Shown: in pieces, positions 27,298 to 35,962 of the stretch | Numbering within the stretch: the stretch's first letter is position 1 | Layout: each line of letters starts with the position of its first letter | DNA from: an uncultured Chloroflexia bacterium | GTDB lineage: Bacteria; Chloroflexota; Anaerolineae; CG2-30-64-16 | Assembly: GCA_963774265.1 (NCBI GenBank) | Contig: CAVZDU010000001.1 | Span: 1,312,001 to 1,376,000 of the forward strand | Length of the DNA: 64,000 nt | Reading direction: 5' to 3' | Translations under genes and position numbers: made by a program | Notes under the pieces: generated by a model | Told to the model about the DNA's origin: nothing | The model's input: only the letters and a program-made list of their open reading frames with translations | Database searches by the model: none

Positions 27298-29529
27298 ATG
27301 CGCAACAAGCTGTTCAGCATCGTGAGTGTGCTCGTTCTACTGAGCATGATCCTGAGCGCGTGCGGTGGAGCCAAGGCTACCCCGACAACCGCACCGGCGG
27401 CCGCGCCCGCCCCAACGACGGCTCCTGAGCCAACCAAGGCTCCTGAACCAACCAAGGCTCCTGAGCCAACCAAGGCCCCGGAACCTGCGGCCGCGACAAA
27501 GCCTGCCGGCATCACGGTTGGCCAGGTGACGGACATGGGCGGCATCGACGACAAGAGTTTCAACCAGACTTCCTGGAAGGGCGTTCAGGATGCCGAGAAG
27601 GCGTTGGGCATCACCGGCAAGTATCTGGAGTCTCAGCAGCAGGCGGACTACGCCAAGAATGTGCAGCAATTCGTGAGCGAGAAGCTGGACCTGATCATCA
27701 CGGTCGGGTTCCTGCTGGGCGTGGACACGGCGACGGCGGCGAAGGCGAACCCGGGTCTGAAGTTTGCCATCGTGGACTACGGGTATCCTGACTGCTGGCC
27801 GGGAGCGGTGGTTGGCAAGGACTGCGGGTCGGACGTGGCGCTCGACAACGTCTTGGGCCTGAACTTTGCGACGGACGAGGCGGCCTTCCTGGCGGGTTAT
27901 GCAGCGGCTGCAGCGACGAAGACCGGGGTGGTCGGCACGTTCGGTGGGATCAAGCTGCCGACGGTGACGATCTTCATGAAGGGCTTCGAGGCCGGCGTGA
28001 AGTATCACAACCAGGTGAAGGGCACCAAGGTTGAGGTGTTGGGCTGGGAGACGGCGAAGGACGAGGGTGTGTTTGCCGGCAACTTCGAGTCGCTGGACGA
28101 CGGGCGGAAGATCGCCGAGTCGATGATGGACGAAGGTGCGGACATTATCATGCCGGTGGCGGGTCCGGTGGGTCAGGGTTCGGCGGCGGCCTGCAAAGAG
28201 AAGGGCTGCATGATCGTCGGCGTGGACTCCGACTGGTACGTGTCGATCCCTGAGTACAAGGAAGTGTACCTGACCAGCGTCATGAAGAACATGGACGTGG
28301 CCGTCTTCAATGCCGTCAAGGCGGTGCAGGATGGCACGTTCAAGGGCGGCTCCTACGTGGGCACCCTGAAGGATGCCGGCGTGGGCATTGCGCCGTTCCA
28401 TGATTTCGCCAGCAAGGTCCCGGCCACGCTGCAGGCCGAGCTGGATCAATTGAAGCAGGATGTTATCGGCGGTAAGATCAAGGTCGATGACGTCCTGGCT
28501 GGCGCTGCTGCTGCCCCGGCCACCGAATTGAAGAAGATCACGGTTGGCCAGGTGACGGACATGGGCGGCATCGACGACAAGAGTTTCAACCAGACTTCCT
28601 GGAAGGGCGTTCAGGATGCCGAGAAGGCGTTGGGCATCACCGGCAAGTATCTGGAGTCTCAGCAGCAGGCGGACTACGCCAAGAATGTGCAGCAATTCGT
28701 GAGCGAGAAGCTGGACCTGATCATCACGGTCGGGTTCCTGCTGGGCGTGGACACGGCGACGGCGGCGAAGGCGAACCCGGGTCTGAAGTTTGCCATCGTG
28801 GACTACGGGTATCCTGACTGCTGGCCGGGAGCGGTGGTTGGCAAGGACTGCGGGTCGGACGTGGCGCTCGACAACGTCTTGGGCCTGAACTTTGCGACGG
28901 ACGAGGCGGCCTTCCTGGCGGGTTATGCAGCGGCTGCAGCGACGAAGACCGGGGTGGTCGGCACGTTCGGTGGGATCAAGCTGCCGACGGTGACGATCTT
29001 CATGAAGGGCTTCGAGGCCGGCGTGAAGTATCACAACCAGGTGAAGGGCACCAAGGTTGAGGTGTTGGGCTGGGAGACGGCGAAGGACGAGGGTGTGTTT
29101 GCCGGCAACTTCGAGTCGCTGGACGACGGGCGGAAGATCGCCGAGTCGATGATGGACGAAGGTGCGGACATTATCATGCCGGTGGCGGGTCCGGTGGGTC
29201 AGGGTTCGGCGGCGGCCTGCAAAGAGAAGGGCTGCATGATCGTCGGCGTGGACTCCGACTGGTACGTGTCGATCCCTGAGTACAAGGAAGTGTACCTGAC
29301 CAGCGTCATGAAGAACATGGACGTGGCCGTCTTCAATGCCGTCAAGGCGGTGCAGGATGGCACGTTCAAGGGCGGCTCCTACGTGGGCACCCTGAAGGAT
29401 GCCGGCGTGGGCATTGCGCCGTTCCATGATTTCGCCAGCAAGGTCCCGGCCACGCTGCAGGCCGAGCTGGATCAATTGAAGCAGGATGTTATCGGCGGTA
29501 AAATCAAGGTCGATGACGTCCTGAAGTAA
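27298..29529 (+). CDS. BMP-family (nucleoside-type) ABC substrate-binding lipoprotein with two tandem binding domains
   Basis: Lipobox LSAC; PT/PE-rich linker; GGIDDKSFNQ, AFLAGYAAA, VGVDSD and TSVMKNMD each present twice. Confidence 0.9.
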   Translation: MRNKLFSIVSVLVLLSMILSACGGAKATPTTAPAAAPAPTTAPEPTKAPEPTKAPEPTKAPEPAAATKPAGITVGQVTDMGGIDDKSFNQTSWKGVQDAEKALGITGKYLESQQQADYAKNVQQFVSEKLDLIITVGFLLGVDTATAAKANPGLKFAIVDYGYPDCWPGAVVGKDCGSDVALDNVLGLNFATDEAAFLAGYAAAAATKTGVVGTFGGIKLPTVTIFMKGFEAGVKYHNQVKGTKVEVLGWETAKDEGVFAGNFESLDDGRKIAESMMDEGADIIMPVAGPVGQGSAAACKEKGCMIVGVDSDWYVSIPEYKEVYLTSVMKNMDVAVFNAVKAVQDGTFKGGSYVGTLKDAGVGIAPFHDFASKVPATLQAELDQLKQDVIGGKIKVDDVLAGAAAAPATELKKITVGQVTDMGGIDDKSFNQTSWKGVQDAEKALGITGKYLESQQQADYAKNVQQFVSEKLDLIITVGFLLGVDTATAAKANPGLKFAIVDYGYPDCWPGAVVGKDCGSDVALDNVLGLNFATDEAAFLAGYAAAAATKTGVVGTFGGIKLPTVTIFMKGFEAGVKYHNQVKGTKVEVLGWETAKDEGVFAGNFESLDDGRKIAESMMDEGADIIMPVAGPVGQGSAAACKEKGCMIVGVDSDWYVSIPEYKEVYLTSVMKNMDVAVFNAVKAVQDGTFKGGSYVGTLKDAGVGIAPFHDFASKVPATLQAELDQLKQDVIGGKIKVDDVLK
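27421..27486 (+). repeat. 18-bp tandem repeat encoding (APEPTK)x3+ in the lipoprotein linker
   Basis: gctcctgaRccaaccaag repeated. Confidence 0.85.
27511..29523 (+). repeat. 987-bp near-perfect direct repeat (27511-28497 and 28537-29523)
   Basis: Offset 1026 bp; the only difference I found is synonymous AAG/AAA near the end; 39-bp unique spacer. Confidence 0.92.
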
Positions 29530-29603
29530 CCGAGGTAAGGACGGGGGGGGGCCAGGGGAGCGATCCTTTGGCCCCCTGTTACTATCCAGAGCAGGAGAAT
29601 GGC

Positions 29604-31172
29604 ATGCCACCCGTACTGGAACTGCGCGGAATAACCAAGGCCTTCCCTGGCGTGCTTGCCAACGATCATATCGACCTAACGTTGGAGCAAGGCGAAATCC
29701 TGGCTTTGCTCGGCGAGAACGGCGCGGGCAAAACCACCTTGATGAACATCCTCTACGGCCTATATCGGCCAGACGAGGGTGATATCCTGGTCCGCGGCGA
29801 AAAAGTGGATATTCACGGGCCAAACGATGCCATCGCCCGCGGCATCGGCATGGTGCATCAGCATTTTATGCTGGTGCCCGTGATGACGGTCACGGAGAAC
29901 GTCATGCTCGGAGTTGAGACGACGCGCGGGATGTTTCTGGACCGGGAAGAGGTGGCGCACCGCATCGATCAAATCGGCAAGGAACACGGCCTGGAGGTCG
30001 ACCCACACGCCTATGTCAAGGATCTGCCGGTGGGTCTGCAACAACGCGTCGAGATCATTAAGGTGCTCTATCGGCACGCGGATATCCTGATCCTGGACGA
30101 GCCCACCGCAGTGTTGACGCCACAGGAAGCTGAGGATCTTTTCAAAATCCTCCGGTCGCTCATCGCACAGGGCAAATCCATCATTTTCATCACGCACAAG
30201 CTCAAGGAAGTGATGGCCGCAGCCGATCGGATCACTGTGCTGCGCCTGGGGCGCAGTGTTGGCACCGTGGAACCGTCCAAGACCGACCCACAGCACCTGG
30301 CCTCCCTCATGGTGGGCCGTGACGTCAACCTGGTCGTCGCCAAGAAACCCGCCGTCCCCGGCGATCCGGTCCTCGAAGTGAAGGACATGGTGGCGCTGGA
30401 CGACCGGGGTCATATTGCAGTGAACGGCGTGTCGTTCGAGGTGCGGGCCGGCGAGGTGCTGGGCGTTGCGGGCGTCCAGGGCAACGGGCAGACGGAGTTA
30501 GTCTATGCGCTGACCGGATTGCGCCCACCTGCGATGGGTGAGGTGCGCATCCTGGGTCAGGACGTCAGCAAGGCAAATCCGCGCCAGATCACCGAAAAGG
30601 GTGTCGCGCACGTGCCGGAGGATCGGCAGAAACACGGCCTGGTGCTCAGCTTCCCGGTCTCCGACAATATGGTGTTGAACACCTACTACTTACTGCCGTT
30701 TGCGAAGGGCGTCAACATGCAGCAAGCCGCGATTTTGGCGGCTTCCAGGGACCTGGTGGATCAGTTCGATGTCCGCACGCCGAACGTCCACGTGAACGTC
30801 TCTACCCTTTCCGGCGGCAACCAGCAGAAGGTGATCATTGCGCGCGAGTTCTCGCGGCCGATCAAGCTGCTGATCGCTTCTCAGCCGACGCGTGGCCTGG
30901 ACGTGGGATCGATCGAGTACATCCACTCGCGCATCATCGAGAAACGCGATGAAGGCACGGCCGTGCTCGTCGTTTCCTCCGAGTTGGACGAGATTATGGC
31001 GTTGTCCGACCGCATCGCCGTCATGTACAAGGGCAAGATCCTGGACATCGTGCCCGCCAAGGGCATCACCAAGGAGCATCTCGGTCTTCTCATGGCCGGG
31101 ATCAAGCCTGCCGAGGGCGTCAGCGCTGCGGAACCGGCCGGCACCGAGGTCGCGATCGAGCGCGTGTTTTAG
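29604..31172 (+). CDS. nucleoside/sugar (CUT2-type) ABC ATPase with two ABC domains
   Basis: GENGAGKT, GMVHQHF, LDEPTAVL, VPEDR, LSGGNQQK. Confidence 0.92.
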   Translation: MPPVLELRGITKAFPGVLANDHIDLTLEQGEILALLGENGAGKTTLMNILYGLYRPDEGDILVRGEKVDIHGPNDAIARGIGMVHQHFMLVPVMTVTENVMLGVETTRGMFLDREEVAHRIDQIGKEHGLEVDPHAYVKDLPVGLQQRVEIIKVLYRHADILILDEPTAVLTPQEAEDLFKILRSLIAQGKSIIFITHKLKEVMAAADRITVLRLGRSVGTVEPSKTDPQHLASLMVGRDVNLVVAKKPAVPGDPVLEVKDMVALDDRGHIAVNGVSFEVRAGEVLGVAGVQGNGQTELVYALTGLRPPAMGEVRILGQDVSKANPRQITEKGVAHVPEDRQKHGLVLSFPVSDNMVLNTYYLLPFAKGVNMQQAAILAASRDLVDQFDVRTPNVHVNVSTLSGGNQQKVIIAREFSRPIKLLIASQPTRGLDVGSIEYIHSRIIEKRDEGTAVLVVSSELDEIMALSDRIAVMYKGKILDIVPAKGITKEHLGLLMAGIKPAEGVSAAEPAGTEVAIERVF

Positions 31173-31196
31173 GGGCCACCAGCCCAGGAGGCACCG

Positions 31197-32477
31197 TTGG
31201 AAAAGATTCAACCCACAGTCGCACCAACGCCGAAGCCGGAAGCCGGGGCTGGCAAGGCTGGCGGTGGAAAACAGCAGACTGCCGGGCGCCGAGCGCTCCT
31301 GCAGGCCATCCTCATCCCGCTCCTGGCCGTGCTGACCGGCCTGATCATCGGCGCGATCGTCATTATCATCACCGATCCTGCGGTGGTGGCTGCCTTTGGG
31401 GCGTTCTTCCAGGCGCCGGGCGCTGCGTTTGCCGCGGCCTGGAAGTCCATCTCGACGGCATACGGCGCGCTCTTCCACGGCTCGTTTGGCAGCCTGAGCG
31501 AGATCACCAGCGCGCTGAAGAGCGGTGACCCGGCAGCCATTCGGCAGGCTTTTTGGCCCATTACCGAAAGCCTGGCTGCATCAACCCCATACATTTTTGC
31601 GGGTCTCGCGGTAGGCCTGGGCTTCAAAGCGGGCCTGTTCAACATCGGCGCCGAAGGTCAGTTCTTCATCGGATCGTTGGGCGCGGCTTTTGTCGGTTAT
31701 AGCCTGGTCGGCTGGCCATGGTACCTGCACCTGCCGCTGGCGCTCCTGGGCGGGTTTGTCGCTGGCGCAATCTGGGGCGCGATTCCCGGCTGGCTCAAGG
31801 CGAAGACCGGCGGCCACGAGGTAGTCAACACCATCATGATGAACTACATCGCGTTCCGCCTGAGTGACTGGCTGATCAACGGCCCCATGAAGGCCCCCGG
31901 TTTCCGGCCGGTGACCCCCCATATTCAGATGTCCGCGGCGCTGCCGCGGCTGTTTGCCGACCCGCTGCGCTTCAACGTCGGGTTCTTCCTGGCGCTGATC
32001 GTGGCTGGAGTGGTGTTCTGGCTGCTCTTCAAGACCACCATCGGGTTCACGATCCGCGTAGTTGGCGCCAACCCTGACGCGGCGCGTTATTCCGGCATGA
32101 GCATCACCCGCACGATCGTCCTCGCGATGACGCTGAGCGGCGGATTGGCCGGGCTGGCGGGCACGAGCCAGGTGCTGGGTGTGGATTACTGGGTGGGCCA
32201 GGGCTTTTCTGCAGGTTACGGCTTCGACGCCATCGCGGTCGCCCTGATCGGCAAGAGCCATCCCTTTGGCATAGTGCTGGCCGCACTGTTGTGGGGCTTC
32301 CTGCGCAGCGGGGCCACTCGTATGCAGTCGCTGGCCGGCATCCCGATCGACATCATCTCGATCATCCAGGGCCTAGTGATCGTCTTCGTCGCGGCGCCCG
32401 ATATCATCCGCATATTGTATCGCCTGCGGAAGGTGGCCGCGGAGAAGGTCGTGTTGAGCCGCGGGTGGGGATCTTGA
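31197..32477 (+). CDS. nucleoside-type ABC permease
   Basis: GLFNIGAEGQ, HEVVNTIMMNY, GFDAIAVAL. Confidence 0.9.
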   Translation: MEKIQPTVAPTPKPEAGAGKAGGGKQQTAGRRALLQAILIPLLAVLTGLIIGAIVIIITDPAVVAAFGAFFQAPGAAFAAAWKSISTAYGALFHGSFGSLSEITSALKSGDPAAIRQAFWPITESLAASTPYIFAGLAVGLGFKAGLFNIGAEGQFFIGSLGAAFVGYSLVGWPWYLHLPLALLGGFVAGAIWGAIPGWLKAKTGGHEVVNTIMMNYIAFRLSDWLINGPMKAPGFRPVTPHIQMSAALPRLFADPLRFNVGFFLALIVAGVVFWLLFKTTIGFTIRVVGANPDAARYSGMSITRTIVLAMTLSGGLAGLAGTSQVLGVDYWVGQGFSAGYGFDAIAVALIGKSHPFGIVLAALLWGFLRSGATRMQSLAGIPIDIISIIQGLVIVFVAAPDIIRILYRLRKVAAEKVVLSRGWGS

Positions 32478-32499
32478 GGCTGACAGGGAGGAGACAACC

Positions 32500-33769
32500 A
32501 TGACGACTGCAACCGCAACCAGGGCGCTCCCTGCTGAGATCAAGCGCAGCCGGATCATCGGCGTGGTGCTGCTGCTGATCGGTCTCGCTATTTTCTTGCT
32601 CTTCGGCACCGGGATGGAGAGCGGGCTGACCACGAAGTTCGGCATGAATCCGGGCGTCGGCTCGCAGGCGCTCCGCATCCCAGACCTGACCCTGCCCACC
32701 GCAGCCTCGATCTATCTCCTGTCCGGTGTGTCCATCTTTTTGGGCGCGGTCCAGATCGCGCGTGGCTTCAAGCGCGCAGGCCTGGTCATCGGACTTGTCG
32801 CCGCGTTCTTCGTCATCGCCTTCCTGGCGTGGGCGGCGCGCGTGGAAATCGTTCAACCTGGTTGGGATATTGAGCAGCTCGGTAGTGCGCGCCACGCCCA
32901 TCGCCCTGGCGGCGCTGTGCGGCGTGATCAGCGAACGCGCGGGCGTGGTGAACATCGGCATCGAAGGCATCATGCTCCTGGCCGCGCAGGCTGCCGTCAT
33001 GTCAGCCAGCCTAACCGATAGCCTATGGATCGGCCTGGTTTTTGCCATCCTGACTGGCATGTTGTTTGCCGCCGTGCACGCCGTCCTGGCCATCCGCTTC
33101 AAGGTAGATCAGATCGTGAGTGGCGTGGCGATCAACATCTTCGCGACAGGCACGACCAGTTACATCTCGTCGCGCTTCATGGAGCGAAACGCCGACTTGC
33201 TGAACAACTCAGGCATCTTCAAGCCCATCGCGATCCCACTGCTCTCGAAGATCCCGATCCTCGGGCCGATCTTCTTTGAGAACAGCATCATCGTGTACCT
33301 GATGATGCTGCTGGTTGCGGTCTTGCACATCATGCTGTTCTACACACCGTGGGGGCTGCGGACCCGCGCAGTGGGCGAGCATCCGAAGGCCGCTGACACG
33401 CTCGGCGTCAACGTGTTCAGGATCCGCTATGTCAGCGTCATCCTCGGCGGCGCGATCGCGGGCATCGGCGGTGCGTACTTCACTATTGGCTCGGCCGGCC
33501 GGTTCGACGAGGTGATGACCGCGGGCAAGGGTTTCATCGGCCTGGCCGCCATGATCTTCGGCAAGTGGACGCCTATCGGTGCGTCCCTGGCCTCGCTGCT
33601 GTTTGGCTTTGCCGATTCGTTGCAAGTCAAGCTGCAGATCCTACGGGTGCCGATCCCGTCGGAGTTCCTGCTCATGGCGCCGTACATTGTGACTATGATC
33701 GTGCTAGCCGGCGTGGTGGGTCGCGCGGCCGCACCGGCTGCAGACGGCGTGGCGTACGAGAAAGACTAG
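32500..33769 (+). pseudogene. second nucleoside-type ABC permease, frameshifted near 32840-32850
   Basis: N-terminal TM region (GGGAGG RBS) continues in another frame as KSFNLVG...ERAGVVNIGIEG, RAVGEHP and GKGFIGLAA. Confidence 0.8.
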
Positions 33770-33778
33770 AAAATCTCA

Positions 33779-33858
33779 CCGTAGAGGGCACTGAGAGCGC
33801 AGAGGCTGAATGGGGGATTCCCCTCTTCTGACCTCTGCGTTCTCTGTGTGCTATGCGG
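33779..33858. repeat. long imperfect palindrome (REP/MITE-like intergenic element)
   Basis: ccgtagagggcactgagagcgcagagg ... cctctgcgttctctgtgtgctatgcgg. Confidence 0.6.
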
Positions 33859-33881
33859 CAAAAAGGGAATATATTCCGTAG

Positions 33882-34439
33882 ATGGCTTTTGCTGAAGTTC
33901 TGCTAATCGCCCTTGGCCTGGCGATGGATGCGTTCGCCGTGAGCCTGGCGGCCGGCGCCACGAGTTTCATCAATGGTCCCCGGCCGGTTTTCCGGCTCTC
34001 GTTTCATTTCGGATTGTTCCAAGGCCTGATGCCGGTGCTTGGCTGGCTGAGTGGCTCACTGGTGGCAAGTTACATCTCCGCGTTCGATCACTGGGTCGCG
34101 TTCGTGCTCCTGGCATTCGTCGGGGGGCGCATGGTGCGTTCGGGATTGGATCCAAAGACAGAGGGTGTTGAGGTAGATCCATCGCGGGGCGGGACGCTGA
34201 TTATGCTGGCTGTCGCCACCAGCATTGACGCGTTCGCCATTGGTCTTTCGTTGGCCATGCTCAGAGTGAATATCTTCTATCCCGCAGTTGTGATCGGCGT
34301 GGTTGCTGCGGCGCTATCGGTCGTAGGCATTGCCCTTGGGAATCGGCTGGGTAGTAAGTTGGGCAAGCGGATGGAAGTTGTAGGCGGCATCATTCTGATT
34401 CTGATTGGGCTACGGGTGGTGATCTCACACACAATGTAA
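33882..34439 (+). CDS. mntP: manganese efflux pump MntP family
   Basis: LAMDAFAVS, FGLFQGLMP, DHWVAF, ATSIDAFAIG. Confidence 0.88.
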   Translation: MAFAEVLLIALGLAMDAFAVSLAAGATSFINGPRPVFRLSFHFGLFQGLMPVLGWLSGSLVASYISAFDHWVAFVLLAFVGGRMVRSGLDPKTEGVEVDPSRGGTLIMLAVATSIDAFAIGLSLAMLRVNIFYPAVVIGVVAAALSVVGIALGNRLGSKLGKRMEVVGGIILILIGLRVVISHTM

Positions 34440-34522
34440 CTCGATTGTGCTACGGTGGTTGGTGAAGATGGGCTTTATCTGGGGTCCAAGCTGGTTCACT
34501 AAGGTGCGAAGGAGCGAGTGCG

Positions 34523-34888
34523 GTGCGCGGGATGCTTGCGGGATTGATCGTTGCGTTGACTATCGTGGTCGTCGCTTTGCTTGTTGCGACGCTTGGGAGC
34601 GTGGGAGTGGCCGCCATCGGTTGGCTCGTCAGCCACTGGTTTGACTTAAGCCAATGGCAGGGCAGCCTGATCGCACTGGCGGTGGCGCTCGGCGTCGGGT
34701 TCGCGATCTATCGCTTGGCTGCGAACAGCTCACCGATCGAAGCTGAGCCGGAGTGGATCGATTGGGTCGAAGAGGAGGAAGAGGAGGCGGCGCAGGAACC
34801 GCCCGTCGTGCCCTGGCGCCGCCAGCGCCCCACCCAGGGCGAGCTTCCGCCGCAAAAACCCGTGCAGAAGGGCCAGCGCTCCAAGTAG
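34523..34888 (+). CDS. small membrane protein (about 3 TM) with acidic and basic tail
   Basis: Hydrophobic N-terminal 65 aa; EEEEEE run; AAGGAG RBS. Confidence 0.6.
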   Translation: MRGMLAGLIVALTIVVVALLVATLGSVGVAAIGWLVSHWFDLSQWQGSLIALAVALGVGFAIYRLAANSSPIEAEPEWIDWVEEEEEEAAQEPPVVPWRRQRPTQGELPPQKPVQKGQRSK

Positions 34889-34906
34889 TCAAGCGGGGAG
34901 ATTGAG

Positions 34907-35884
34907 ATGATGTATCGCAGGTTCATTCGTATCGTATCGTTGGTTTTGGTCGTCGTGTTCCTGGGCGTGGCCGTTTCGTCATGCGCACCCGTGCCCGCTG
35001 CCCAGCCTGAAGAGTCGAAGCTTAAGCTCGCGCTCATCCCTGTGCTCGACACGATTCCCATCTATATCGCGCTTCAGAATGGTTATTTTGGCGCTCAAGG
35101 CATAGCGGTTGAGGTCGTCCCTGTGAAAAGCCCCCAGGAACGGGATGTTCTGCTCCAAACAGGCCAGGTAGATGGCGTGTTGACCGATCTCCAGGGGGTC
35201 GGCCTGCTGAATAAGGATAGCGTTAAGGTTAAGGCTGTTTATACTTCGCGAAGACCATTCCCCGACGCACCGCTGTTTCGAATCCTGGCTAGCCCGAAGT
35301 CAAACATCGCCACACCAGCGGACCTCAAGGCAGTGCCCATCGGGATCAGCAATAACACCATCATTGAGTACCTGACAGACCGCATCTTGACTTTCGAAGG
35401 GCTCACGACCGATGAGATCGCCAAGATCGAGGTGGGCGCCATCACGGTGCGCTTCGAGCAGTTGATGAACGGCAACATTCAAGCCGCCGTTCTGCCCGAT
35501 CCGCTCGCCCAGGGGGCGATTGCCGCGGGCGCCAAGCTCGTCGTCGACGATACGAGGTATGCGAATCTATCGCAGTCGGTCCTGGTCTTCCAGGCCAGCG
35601 CGCTGCAATCGAAGCCGGGGACCGTGCGTAAGTTCCTCAGCGCCTGGGAGCAGGCCGTCAAGGAAGTCAATGCCAATCCTGACAAGTATCGTGCCGTTCT
35701 GATGGAGCAGGGCCGCGTGCCTCAGTCGATCCAGAACTCGTACAAGATGCCGCCCTTCCCGGAGAGGGGTGTGCCGAGCGAGGGGGAAGTGGCCGATGTG
35801 ACCGCGTGGTTGAAAGCCAAGGGTCTCGTCAGCCGGGATATCCCATACACTGACATGGTCGATGCGTCGTTCTTGCCGAAGTGA
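34907..35884 (+). CDS. SsuA/THI5(NMT1)-like ABC substrate-binding lipoprotein
   Basis: Lipobox VSSC; PIYIALQNGYF, GQVDG, IGISNNTIIEY, AAVLPDP. Confidence 0.82.
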   Translation: MMYRRFIRIVSLVLVVVFLGVAVSSCAPVPAAQPEESKLKLALIPVLDTIPIYIALQNGYFGAQGIAVEVVPVKSPQERDVLLQTGQVDGVLTDLQGVGLLNKDSVKVKAVYTSRRPFPDAPLFRILASPKSNIATPADLKAVPIGISNNTIIEYLTDRILTFEGLTTDEIAKIEVGAITVRFEQLMNGNIQAAVLPDPLAQGAIAAGAKLVVDDTRYANLSQSVLVFQASALQSKPGTVRKFLSAWEQAVKEVNANPDKYRAVLMEQGRVPQSIQNSYKMPPFPERGVPSEGEVADVTAWLKAKGLVSRDIPYTDMVDASFLPK

Positions 35885-35962
35885 AGCACAACCTGCGGCC
35901 CACAATGATTCCTTACAAGGCACCGTGAGCCGCAGGTTATTTACGTCTCTCAGCCACCAGAG

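Noticed and set aside
27421-27486. Short tandem repeats (also ~50170-50290) as a CRISPR-like array
   Set aside because: In-frame Pro/Thr linker repeats with no unique spacers and no cas genes
29542-29578. Poly-G tract as a phase-variation switch
   Set aside because: Intergenic, and forms one arm of a hairpin after the SBP gene
27337-29823. 828-aa antisense ORF
   Set aside because: Mirror of the duplicated, codon-biased BMP gene
33882-34439. This 185-aa membrane protein as the missing ECF S component
   Set aside because: It carries both MntP repeat motifs (MDAFAV, IDAFAIG)
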